A stretch of DNA of 64,000 nucleotides from the IMG/VR virus record IMGVR_UViG_3300029288_003518, positions 32,001-96,000 of that record, one strand, 5' to 3'. Shown here one piece after another: positions 28,324 through 37,615 of the stretch. The stretch's first letter is position 1. The number at the start of each line of letters is the position of its first letter. The notes below the pieces were generated by a model that worked only from the letters and a program-made list of their open reading frames with translations, searched no databases and was not told the origin of the DNA. Both the position numbers and the translations under genes were made by a program. Source of the DNA: a virus (Duplodnaviria; Caudoviricetes).

Positions 28324-30384
28324 TTAAACATACTCTATGATTGGGAAAGATCCTAAAGCCATATGTTTCGTAACTTTTTGTTTAACCTCGTCCTCACCAA
28401 ATGATCCACCATTTGACTTAAGTACTCTCTTGGGAACCCTAACCACAAGCACTCCGTTAGAGGGGACAGCTTGACCATCGAAATATCCTATATCCCAGAA
28501 GAACTCCGATTCTGGTTGTATTAGCTTAACTTTTTCTATTTCCTGAATTCCTATTTTACTCAATCCCCCTCCCCTAGTCCTAACATCCGTAACATCCAGA
28601 TCGCTGACCTTACAATGGGGGCCCAGAGATACTGACCCTAACCTAAAATCAAATACTCCAGAAGGAACACCCGTGAAGTTATGGTACAACACTTCATTAC
28701 TTATAACGGTAGGTTCTCCATATCCGCCCGGACCATCATCGATAATCGAATAAGGCCTTATGAATATATGTGCTATACTACCCGAAGCATAAAGATCATA
28801 ATTGTGAGAAGGGGTAGGATTTAGATCTAAATCGAAATAAGGATATGGAGGAGTTGTTGGATATATCCCCCCACTTCCAACAAACCCGGTATAATCACAG
28901 AACTCTTCCTCATACATATACGTAGATATTATGTCGTCCTTATGAGTTAATAATTGGGCTAATTTTACGGTGCCATTATATATGTCCCAATCAAGAACTC
29001 CTGTCGGGGGAACCATAACATCGTTTACAAACACCGCAAGGTATCCGGTAGGAGCAAACCCCGGGTCAATAGTATTATTCAACACGGAACTTGGGTCTAT
29101 AAATAGTGGAGTTCTCTGTAACTGTATAGTCTGTTGGTCTAGGAGCTCTACTCTTTCATTAGCTGATTGTTTATATGGAGGACCCCAAGTTAAATCCCAC
29201 ATCTGGTACGCATATTCAGGTATGGCATACTCAAAAAGTATACTGCCTGAGTATCCAGAAGGGACAACTTCTCCCACGGAATTCATTCTCCTTCTGAATC
29301 TACCATTTCTAACCCTGACATACCAATCATCAGTAGATATTACATGTTCTGGCTTCTTAAGATATATAGCGCTATAAGAATTCGGCATTAAATAATAGAA
29401 TGATCTCTTTGCCGTGAAGTATGCTTCATCACCTGTTTTGAAATAACCGTCCCCATTAACCTCTAAAACCATACCATATATTCCGGTTATTGTTATTCCT
29501 CTCGTAAAATTGTGTGGAGACACGCTCCATGAATCGGTCGTGGCACTTTGAAGATATGTATCTGTATTAGCACCATACCTGTCTGAGCTTCTTTTTACAG
29601 TGAATGTACTTGGGCCAGTTGCCTTAAGTGTGTATTTTACTATTACTCCTGGAGCATATTCAGCAACATTATTTGTTACATCGGTCCTTATTATAACCGG
29701 TCCGTTTTCAAGAGACGTACCTATGCTGTTAACTAATGGAGTAAGTGTTGGAACGGGGGGAACTATTGCGGAATACATCCCATTGCTATCTGGACCCCAT
29801 AATGAATATTCGTAACAACTAGTAAAAGGGTTACCTAGTTTCAATAGTGGTTCAGCATTAAGGTTCTCAGTCCATCCAGGGTTAACCTGTGTACCGTCAA
29901 CCAGACACCTATTATATTTAACTTTATATTGAGTATATGTATTATTGTAGAAATCCGTTAATACATCAACTCTATAAACATTGGCCGCTATTCTTTCTAT
30001 GGTTACTGTATAATTAACATCCTTCAGGATATTCCCATTCTGGTCGGTGATATATACCTGCTTACCAGGATTCTCTCCATAAGTAAAATGGTAGAATCTA
30101 CAGCGATGCCTATAGAATAATGGAGTTTCGGTAATATCATTTGTACTAGTAGTAGTGACATTGGTTATAAGGAAATCGGTTACGGTTAGGGCTGGCATAT
30201 GTCCGCCATTATCCACATATGAATGTATAATGCTCCTATCTGAACTGGCAACATTTTCTTCCCATTTATGGGAAAAATCCATCAATGATATATTCTTCTC
30301 CGGGTCAATATCGGGGATATCAACAACCGCAAGACCAAAACCAGATGGATCTACATATTTTCCTACTCTAAAGGTTAATGACAT
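28324..30384 (-). CDS. Virion structural protein (baseplate wedge-region)
   Basis: Tail-operon context; beta-rich; C-terminal DVRTRGGGL...FWDIGYFDG...VRVP block. Confidence 0.6.
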   Translation of the reverse strand: MSLTFRVGKYVDPSGFGLAVVDIPDIDPEKNISLMDFSHKWEENVASSDRSIIHSYVDNGGHMPALTVTDFLITNVTTTSTNDITETPLFYRHRCRFYHFTYGENPGKQVYITDQNGNILKDVNYTVTIERIAANVYRVDVLTDFYNNTYTQYKVKYNRCLVDGTQVNPGWTENLNAEPLLKLGNPFTSCYEYSLWGPDSNGMYSAIVPPVPTLTPLVNSIGTSLENGPVIIRTDVTNNVAEYAPGVIVKYTLKATGPSTFTVKRSSDRYGANTDTYLQSATTDSWSVSPHNFTRGITITGIYGMVLEVNGDGYFKTGDEAYFTAKRSFYYLMPNSYSAIYLKKPEHVISTDDWYVRVRNGRFRRRMNSVGEVVPSGYSGSILFEYAIPEYAYQMWDLTWGPPYKQSANERVELLDQQTIQLQRTPLFIDPSSVLNNTIDPGFAPTGYLAVFVNDVMVPPTGVLDWDIYNGTVKLAQLLTHKDDIISTYMYEEEFCDYTGFVGSGGIYPTTPPYPYFDLDLNPTPSHNYDLYASGSIAHIFIRPYSIIDDGPGGYGEPTVISNEVLYHNFTGVPSGVFDFRLGSVSLGPHCKVSDLDVTDVRTRGGGLSKIGIQEIEKVKLIQPESEFFWDIGYFDGQAVPSNGVLVVRVPKRVLKSNGGSFGEDEVKQKVTKHMALGSFPIIEYV

Positions 30385-30397
30385 CTGTTATCTCCAT

Positions 30398-30715
30398 TTA
30401 CGGGGCATAATATGCATAACCACTATTATTTAATTTCAGGCTGCTTCCGTGAGCCACATTATTGTCTACCTTAGTCATATCTAAACTACTGTTCGTAATC
30501 TTGATGGCGGGTATACTATAATCTACTATTTTGTCTCCAGTTATAGTATTAGCAATTATCTGGGAGACAGAAATATAACCATCCAATAAACTAAATGGAA
30601 TTTGTACTCCGTATGTCCCATTGTGGGTATGAGCATTAATGGCATCTTTAAAAGCATTCATTTTAGCTGACGCCAATCTCTCATAAACCGCGAAGGGTAC
30701 TGTATAAATCGACAT
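30398..30715 (-). CDS. Small fibre-like structural protein
   Basis: HTHNG (HxH) plus IxxxxITxxKI repeats typical of phage fibres. Confidence 0.6.
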   Translation of the reverse strand: MSIYTVPFAVYERLASAKMNAFKDAINAHTHNGTYGVQIPFSLLDGYISVSQIIANTITGDKIVDYSIPAIKITNSSLDMTKVDNNVAHGSSLKLNNSGYAYYAP

Positions 30716-30726
30716 ATTAATTCCTC

Positions 30727-31632
30727 CTAAGTTAAGTAATCTAGTGTATCCAAAAGAGAGAGATCTAAGGTAAATGGGTCTGCGCTCATATAGAACTGTG
30801 CAGCCCTTACCGTATCATTTATACCAGAAGCATCAAGATAATAGGCTTTTATTTGAGAAATACCAGCTTTCCTATCATTCGTAATATAACGAATGTGTGC
30901 TTCGCCTCTCGTACTGGTTGTTTCCACTATCTCGATTGCCTGTCCGCTAGCGTCCAGAGTTAATATTGTACCATCATGCGGACTTATATATCCCAGTTCT
31001 GACCAATATCCAATTGCTCCTAACGCTGACTCCAAACTCTCTATTTGGAATACCACACTTTTGTCGGGAACCCTATCAAAATCAGAATCATAAAGGGTAG
31101 CTGTCACCTGATATCCTTGATATCCATCTGCTCTAACTGAATTCTGAGACGCCGAGAGATACATTGATGCGGGTTCGGTAGTCTGGGAGAAACGTACAAA
31201 CCCACCAGCAACCTCTGCTCTTATGGGGTTATAATCTATACTATCCATGGTATAGTACCCACTAGGCCCAGACTCGTACTCTATAAAAACATTCTCCGGG
31301 AGTACTCCGTTGAATACTAATTTCCCACTAGAATCAGGATGTAAAGCAAATTCTCGAGCAGTACGATCATACTGACCATTATCAAGTAAATGAAAGAAAC
31401 CAAAACCAACTTTATTATATTTACCTAATCCACTGGTCTGACCCCATGGCTGGGTTGGTGTAGTGGTTTCATATCCAGATGCTGTAACAATAACCGGAGC
31501 ATTCTGCTTAACAGCATTAAGTAGAGTATAAAAAGACACTCCGCTGGGAGCCATTTCCCACGCCTTCTGGGAGTATAGATAATATTCATTATATTTAAAA
31601 CCTGAAGGATCTACAAGATTAAGGGTTGTCAT
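30727..31632 (-). CDS. Structural protein with an Ig-like (Big_1/invasin-type) domain
   Basis: LSASQNSVRADG...VTATLYD...VPDKSVVF...TTSTRGEA is the Big_1 pattern. Confidence 0.6.
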   Translation of the reverse strand: MTTLNLVDPSGFKYNEYYLYSQKAWEMAPSGVSFYTLLNAVKQNAPVIVTASGYETTTPTQPWGQTSGLGKYNKVGFGFFHLLDNGQYDRTAREFALHPDSSGKLVFNGVLPENVFIEYESGPSGYYTMDSIDYNPIRAEVAGGFVRFSQTTEPASMYLSASQNSVRADGYQGYQVTATLYDSDFDRVPDKSVVFQIESLESALGAIGYWSELGYISPHDGTILTLDASGQAIEIVETTSTRGEAHIRYITNDRKAGISQIKAYYLDASGINDTVRAAQFYMSADPFTLDLSLLDTLDYLT

Positions 31633-32934
31633 TTATGCTCCTATAACTCCAGATGGATATGCTGAGTAGAAATAACCGGTATGTATTGGAAGATACCAAG
31701 AAAATCCAGATATCGTTGGATTCCACACTTCTACCGGATCACCCACCCAAAGATCGTCACTATCACCTATGCCTCCGCATTGCCATTTATCGTATATTCC
31801 ACTTGCCTTAGGATCCCATATATGAGGGAGAAAATCATACCCATTGGTCTTTTCGTCTACCCCATCCCAATAACTCTCATCACAAATTATGTTTCCAAAG
31901 AATATGGGATTATGATCATACACTTCATTAGCGTAATCCACAAGTTTGGTCCCTATGGCATGTCCTTCAGAATTAAGTAAATTACTTGGGTAACTTGGGT
32001 CCATAAGGTCACTTAGCTTCTCTATTGTAATGTCTGTCGCAGAGAGGCCTAGTTCTCTCGATATTCCATACTTCAATCCAAGATATGTTGAGTTAGCCGG
32101 ATTAGTATAGACATCTAATAGTCTGGATTTATAAGCATAATTTCTTTCCCCCTGTATTCTGGGAAGACCCAACATTAATCCGAATTCATCGAAACAGTTC
32201 CATATATTATAAATCTCTGGAGTAGATACTATTAAGTAAATGGTAGCAGAAACTGGTAAGCTAGTGGCTGCCTCGGTGTGTATGGTTAGGGCAGATATGA
32301 CCTCAATATAGTTAACCCCACTCGTGAGTGCCATATTGAAACTCCACGTAGCTCCACTTACATGGTTAGGATATGTAGCCTGTGACCATGGTCCTCCATT
32401 ATTCCTAATAAATATAAATAATCCAGATCCTTTTGTCCCAGTAATAACCTGCCAGAAACCATCAGCCGGAGATGTAACCGGATTAATCGTTGGGGGATAT
32501 GCTCCGAATAGGAACAGCACGAACATAAGACTATCAGACCAGTCCGAATATGTCCAACCATCTGTTGACCTTATCCGCGCATAGTATGTTCCCTCTTTCC
32601 CGAGAGTAAATTCAGGGGCAAGAGTATATTTTAGGTTATTACTTTGAAACTCGCTGGGATTTTTATCTATTGTTGCAAAGCTAGGGTCATTGAAGCTGAT
32701 CTGTATCTCATATAATAGTACATCACCATCCCCATAAGGTACTTCCCAAGAGAATGTTGGGTTTGTCCAGCTGAATGTTGGAGTACCATCAACTATATCC
32801 GGACCACCATCGACCATAAGATTCTCTGGTTTTGGCGGGGGATAGTTTAGACCATACTCCCATCCGGAATTATATTTATGTATTCCGTATTTAGAGGTGG
32901 ATACACTTAGGTATAACGGGTATGTTCTAGCCAT
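31633..32934 (-). CDS. Baseplate-associated protein with an FN3/Ig-like N-terminal part
   Basis: PTFSW...YEIQIS...YYARIRSTDG...SDWS is an FN3 pattern. FDEFGLMLGLPRIQGERN..YKSRL resembles the P2 gpI/wedge motif. Confidence 0.65.
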   Translation of the reverse strand: MARTYPLYLSVSTSKYGIHKYNSGWEYGLNYPPPKPENLMVDGGPDIVDGTPTFSWTNPTFSWEVPYGDGDVLLYEIQISFNDPSFATIDKNPSEFQSNNLKYTLAPEFTLGKEGTYYARIRSTDGWTYSDWSDSLMFVLFLFGAYPPTINPVTSPADGFWQVITGTKGSGLFIFIRNNGGPWSQATYPNHVSGATWSFNMALTSGVNYIEVISALTIHTEAATSLPVSATIYLIVSTPEIYNIWNCFDEFGLMLGLPRIQGERNYAYKSRLLDVYTNPANSTYLGLKYGISRELGLSATDITIEKLSDLMDPSYPSNLLNSEGHAIGTKLVDYANEVYDHNPIFFGNIICDESYWDGVDEKTNGYDFLPHIWDPKASGIYDKWQCGGIGDSDDLWVGDPVEVWNPTISGFSWYLPIHTGYFYSAYPSGVIGA

Positions 32935-34272
32935 TTACTTCTCTCCGTTTATTAGAATAGGCTTCCCTGTAGTCTTATATACTTTTATGTCGTCAGCCAG
33001 TTTCACTGTATTTTTTTTATACCATGTATTATACTTCTCTAATAGATATTCCATATCGAACACGGTGAACTTATCCCACGCATAGGGGAATAAAAGTGGA
33101 TGTTTCTTATCCGGAGATATCGTTTTGTCCTCATATCCGGTTCCGTCTAATGGAGTGAACGGGAGAAGGGCAGGGTTGACCCCAAGGTCAAGACACCGAG
33201 AGATGGATTCAATTGCATTCTCTTTTGTTTGCCCAGGATAGCCTATCATTATATAGCTTGTTATGTTCTTGAAATACTTCTTAGCTATCGTAATAGCATT
33301 GTTCCAGGCTCCAACAGACTTTTTTCCTCCCCAGAAAGAAAGCTCGCTATCATCACAGTTATCTAGAGGGAGAATCATCTCCCCAAATCCTATTTTAGCA
33401 CACTTTGACATTATTTCATCGGTGACGGATGATGGCTCAAGCCCACCGTATGAACTTACCGACAATCCGTAGTCTTTTGATATTATCTTATCAAATATAT
33501 CCGACAGATGGCCGCCCCAGTGGCTCAATAAATCACTATCCATGAACCTCAGTTTCTTATAGCCAGAGGCCACTACATAATCGATAAATTTTATTACCCC
33601 ATCAGTATCCTTAAGAACCACTTTATCTCCCTCGAGTGTTCTCACGAAACAGAAAAAACAATTATTCTTACATCCAAGTGAAGTAGTAACTCCTATCCTT
33701 CTGGGCCTATACGGAATAAGCGACAGATCTGTGTCCAATAGTTCGCATCCATCATCGTAGAATTTATTAAAACCACCAGGTATTTTAAATATCTTAGAAT
33801 ATTTTCCGGAGATCATCACCTCTCCCTTAAAACCACTGTTATGTATAATTTCTGATACCTCGACTATCCCCAATTCAGAATAATAAGAAGATGAACTTGA
33901 CACATCAGACTTAGAACCCATATCGCATATAATTATCTTGTCAAAGTTTTCGGAGGCCAACTCATTTGCTAGAACTGATTTTGGTAAACCCGATCTAATA
34001 ATCGGTTTAACTAATTTCTCTGACTGGAAGTTACCACATTCCTTCCATACCCCGGTATCACTAATCAATAAGTCATTATCGTATTTCATGTCTCCGTTGA
34101 TACTTGATACTCTGGTGTTCATCGCCAATTCAGGAGCCATATCTATAATCTTGACCTTATCTCCAGATAGTCTATATTTAGTGGCAAGATTATACATATA
34201 CATAGCATATTGATATGTATTGTGGAAGTTATAAAAAGTATACACTGGCGGATTAATAAATAGAATATTCAT
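32935..34272 (-). CDS. Cobalamin (B12)-binding-domain radical SAM protein (class B methyltransferase-like)
   Basis: N-terminal MNILFINPP...KVKIID (B12-domain start), TSLGCKNNCFFC (CxxxCxxC), RFMDSD, YIMIGYPGQT and FTPLDGT. Confidence 0.85.
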   Translation of the reverse strand: MNILFINPPVYTFYNFHNTYQYAMYMYNLATKYRLSGDKVKIIDMAPELAMNTRVSSINGDMKYDNDLLISDTGVWKECGNFQSEKLVKPIIRSGLPKSVLANELASENFDKIIICDMGSKSDVSSSSSYYSELGIVEVSEIIHNSGFKGEVMISGKYSKIFKIPGGFNKFYDDGCELLDTDLSLIPYRPRRIGVTTSLGCKNNCFFCFVRTLEGDKVVLKDTDGVIKFIDYVVASGYKKLRFMDSDLLSHWGGHLSDIFDKIISKDYGLSVSSYGGLEPSSVTDEIMSKCAKIGFGEMILPLDNCDDSELSFWGGKKSVGAWNNAITIAKKYFKNITSYIMIGYPGQTKENAIESISRCLDLGVNPALLPFTPLDGTGYEDKTISPDKKHPLLFPYAWDKFTVFDMEYLLEKYNTWYKKNTVKLADDIKVYKTTGKPILINGEK

Positions 34273-34283
34273 CTTTTCTCCTG

Positions 34284-34814
34284 TTAGTCAAAAGCCCAAC
34301 ATTGTGAACAACAATTCTCTTGGCAGGTACATGTGCACGTACAAGTACACTGGCACTGACACTCACACTCACAGCATAGAGTGTGTACGTGACTGTGCAG
34401 TGTTTCACAGGCAGACCTAAGTTCATCCATATGTGGTTTGCGGATAAGAGTACTGGTAGCTGTTATTCCCCCCGAAGGAAAACTAACATCTATAGGGAGT
34501 GTTGTAGTGGAAAATCCCTTGGCAGAATGTCCATGGTTATTGATTGCAGTAAGTGCAGATCGTAATTCGGTGATATGGGAAGGTTTGATTGTAGTAGTAG
34601 AAGTTATGGTTTCACCCCAAGCAACAGAAATACTAGGGTTGCCTGTAGTTATAACACCATCCACAATGTGGTAGTGGTTATTTTCTCCCTCGAGAAAAGC
34701 CCTAATTTCATCTATGTGCCTCTTTTTAACGGTAGTAACATTGGCAGATATAACCGTGTCAGTCCATGCGTTTGAAGGATTAGGTATTGATAGACTGGTT
34801 GTCCAGGTGGTCAT
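34284..34814 (-). CDS. 176-aa protein with three ~47-aa repeats and a C-terminal (Cys-X)n tail; putative radical SAM substrate / fibre-like protein
   Basis: Repeats K..H(I/M).E(I/L)R......H.H three times, then CCECECQCQCTCTCTCTCQENCCSQCWAFD (13 Cys in 26 aa). Lies between the two radical SAM genes. Confidence 0.85.
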   Translation of the reverse strand: MTTWTTSLSIPNPSNAWTDTVISANVTTVKKRHIDEIRAFLEGENNHYHIVDGVITTGNPSISVAWGETITSTTTIKPSHITELRSALTAINNHGHSAKGFSTTTLPIDVSFPSGGITATSTLIRKPHMDELRSACETLHSHVHTLCCECECQCQCTCTCTCTCQENCCSQCWAFD

Positions 34815-34828
34815 GTTTAACCTCTCTA

Positions 34829-36187
34829 TTATCTTTTGATACTACACTGATCCGTCTTAGGGATTTCATTAATACCAAAATACTGCTCAATATTAAAGAG
34901 CTTAGATTTTATGATCTTATTTTCTCTAATCAGTTCAACCAGACATCTGGAAACAAGTTCCTCAAAATCATCGCATATTTCCGTTCCATCGCCCAAGTTA
35001 ACTACTATCTTTTTATTGTCTTCCATAAATATAATCTCCCATTTCTGTAGCTCAATCTTCTTGTCCAGTAGCAGTTGAATAACTTTCTTTTTCAACATAT
35101 TAGTGATAGCTAAATTCATGGCACAGTAACCATTGGTTGGTCTTTGTCCGGATGGATTATTTAATGACAAGTTTGTGGCATAACATCTATTACACGTATA
35201 AACTTTGCAATGCTCGCATTCTTTGTCGGCTTCGGCATGCATATTTATTAGCTTTAACCAATTCTCACAATTATAGTCTATCCCACCAGTATGAACATTG
35301 CCTAGGTTATAATCGAATTTACTCTTATATGATACGAATCTATGGCAAGGATATAAATCTCCATCGACAGTAACTCCTAATAGCTTATGACCGGCCCTAC
35401 ATCCGTGCTGGGAATTAAAAACTCTATCACCCATCCTCAATAGGATCCCGTGAACCTGGTTGAAGTTCATCTTTTCATGTCCCGGGAATTCCATAAACCT
35501 ATCTATGCAATCACTTAACTCCTTACTATAAGTATCTATATTTTCTCTGCTCCAGTCACCTTCTACGATTGGAGTGAGGTTAGTTATAACCCCACCAGAT
35601 TCCAGTAGAGCAGTAAAGTCTTTGGATAGATTGCTGATATTACTAGGGACAACAGTCTGTCTAACAATAAGTTGTGGGAATATCTCCCTTAGTCTTTTTA
35701 CATTATTTATAACCGCGCTAAAACTTCCCAGTCCCGATCCGGCAAAGATCCTATTTTTATCGTGCGATTCCTCACAACCATCCATTGAAACTTGAAGTTG
35801 GAAATTAATCCCTCTCCATTTCTTTGCTTCCCTGAAGAACTTGCACATCTCTTCAGTTAACACTGTCCCATTTGTGAGTATATAAAGCCCAACTGTAATC
35901 CCTATCTCATTAAATTTTTCCTTACAATACTCCATTCCATACTTTACAATCGGAAAGTTTAAGAGCGGCTCCCCTCCGAAGAATGTAATGGAAATTTCTT
36001 GATCAGGCCTAGCCTTCTCGAGCCTATCTCGCTGCCCTATAAGCCAATCTATTGTCCTCTTCATTGTTTCGCGGGACATATCTCCAGTCCTCTCGCTTTC
36101 GTAGCAATAGGAACAGGCAAGATTACACCTATTTGTTACAAATATGTAAAGAGAGGTAAAGGTATCCCTAGAAATTTCTTCTTGCAT
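34829..36187 (-). CDS. Radical SAM/SPASM-domain protein (anSME/CteB-like peptide maturase type)
   Basis: TNRCNLACSYCY, TFFGGEPLL, ILTNGT, QVSMDG...HDKNR, and SPASM GCRAG...DGDLYPCHRF...CEHCKVYTCNRC...YC. Confidence 0.93.
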   Translation of the reverse strand: MQEEISRDTFTSLYIFVTNRCNLACSYCYESERTGDMSRETMKRTIDWLIGQRDRLEKARPDQEISITFFGGEPLLNFPIVKYGMEYCKEKFNEIGITVGLYILTNGTVLTEEMCKFFREAKKWRGINFQLQVSMDGCEESHDKNRIFAGSGLGSFSAVINNVKRLREIFPQLIVRQTVVPSNISNLSKDFTALLESGGVITNLTPIVEGDWSRENIDTYSKELSDCIDRFMEFPGHEKMNFNQVHGILLRMGDRVFNSQHGCRAGHKLLGVTVDGDLYPCHRFVSYKSKFDYNLGNVHTGGIDYNCENWLKLINMHAEADKECEHCKVYTCNRCYATNLSLNNPSGQRPTNGYCAMNLAITNMLKKKVIQLLLDKKIELQKWEIIFMEDNKKIVVNLGDGTEICDDFEELVSRCLVELIRENKIIKSKLFNIEQYFGINEIPKTDQCSIKR

Positions 36188-36198
36188 TAATCCTCCGA

Positions 36199-37563
36199 CT
36201 AGACTATACTAACTATCAACCCATTCTTAACTGTTATTGTTTTACCATTAGCACTAGTAAAACTACCATTTGCGCCGACGCTAGCTCCCGTCTTATAAGA
36301 AACAGCCTGTACTACATCAAAGTTACCGGAACCCAATGATACAGCAGCGGTACCGACAGATTGTGTTCCACTGGCTGTGGGTATAATATTGGCATCTATT
36401 GTATGGCCGGCCCTAGACCAAGGAAGATCGGTTAGGGTGCTATGGGATAATCCAGTCCCTCTGCCATATATATTAGTAAGATATACATTATCACTTCTCA
36501 ATGTCCCAAAATTACCCTCGCTAAAGGCTAGAGCTTGAGTCCCACAACTCCTAGTCCCGCTGGCTTCGGGTAAGAAGTTACCACTCGCAGTAACGTTCCC
36601 AAAAGCGTATATATCAGAGTTCAACTCAAATCTTGAGCTTCCATCCCGCCATCTCAAATATTTGTCAGTGATAATACTGTTATTATAGAAATATATAGAT
36701 TGATCTTTATCTGGCCCGGGATGATTCAGAAATATTGCAGCACCACTAGCAAATATATAGTTCCCGTAAACATTGCCTCCACGCAACTCTGTTCCAGCAT
36801 AAATGTTTCCAGGAATACTTATATCTTCTATTGGGATATCTGCCAAAGCCATACCGTGAGGATTTGTGCTACTTACAACCGCTGTACCCACGGCACTTAT
36901 ATGTTCCTGAACAGTATCAAAAGTCCCAGCTCCCGGAGGAAGGCACGATATAGCCGACGCATCATGAGCATCTACGGTGGCTCCAATGTGGGATATTAAA
37001 TTAGTATAATTACTTTCTAAGGTAGGTTTACCGACGGTAACCCAAGATGAACCCTTAATATCATCCATAAGAGCTCCAGACCTAACGGTATTGTCTACCA
37101 GCCTATTGCCATTGATACCACTTGCGGCAATTGCTGTATCTATACCATTAAGCCTTAATTGAATGGTATTGTATGGTCCCTGCGGATTCTCGCCAATGGT
37201 ATCCTCTATTATTACAACCTCATCCTGGAGAGAATTAACGTGCTCTGCCATAATATCATCACCGAGACTCTTATAAGTAGCGCCTGCAGCAGTACCAGAG
37301 TTTCCGGAATGAAAAGTCAGCTTACCGGTTACATAATCAACCATGTAATGTCCGGCAGAAGTTGGGGGAGTGAGAACCTCAGTCCACGCAGCTCCGCCAG
37401 AAGCACCAACTACAGTTGAGGCCGAATCCTTAGGGACATGATCGAGATATATAGTATATGGGCTAACTGCGGGAACATTAAAATACTCAGGCCCGACAGC
37501 ATACCCTGATGCATTTTTATCTATCTTGAGAGTGAATGTTTTAGTGGTTAACGGGTAAGCCAT
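36199..37563 (-). CDS. Tail fibre/baseplate-associated structural protein
   Basis: AHDASAIS, NPHG and LP..SGT.S.G motifs, and a C-terminal GKTITVKNGLIVSI typical of phage fibres. Confidence 0.7.
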   Translation of the reverse strand: MAYPLTTKTFTLKIDKNASGYAVGPEYFNVPAVSPYTIYLDHVPKDSASTVVGASGGAAWTEVLTPPTSAGHYMVDYVTGKLTFHSGNSGTAAGATYKSLGDDIMAEHVNSLQDEVVIIEDTIGENPQGPYNTIQLRLNGIDTAIAASGINGNRLVDNTVRSGALMDDIKGSSWVTVGKPTLESNYTNLISHIGATVDAHDASAISCLPPGAGTFDTVQEHISAVGTAVVSSTNPHGMALADIPIEDISIPGNIYAGTELRGGNVYGNYIFASGAAIFLNHPGPDKDQSIYFYNNSIITDKYLRWRDGSSRFELNSDIYAFGNVTASGNFLPEASGTRSCGTQALAFSEGNFGTLRSDNVYLTNIYGRGTGLSHSTLTDLPWSRAGHTIDANIIPTASGTQSVGTAAVSLGSGNFDVVQAVSYKTGASVGANGSFTSANGKTITVKNGLIVSIV

Positions 37564-37586
37564 TTTGTCTCCTCCTCTTATATTAC

Positions 37587-37615
37587 ATTATATCACATAA
37601 TTGTATATATTTCAA
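37587..37615 (-). promoter_or_regulatory. Internal sigma70-like promoter, TTGAAA-N17-TATAAT with extended -10
   Basis: Minus strand reads ttgaaa tatatacaattatgtga tataat, then a GAGGAGG RBS before 37563. It lies upstream of the radical SAM triad. Confidence 0.78.

Noticed and set aside
34320-34400. Microsatellite or DNA-level repeat (cacact/gtgt-rich)
   Set aside because: It is explained by the Cys-X codons of the Cys-rich protein. Codons vary (TGT/TGC), which points to protein-level selection.
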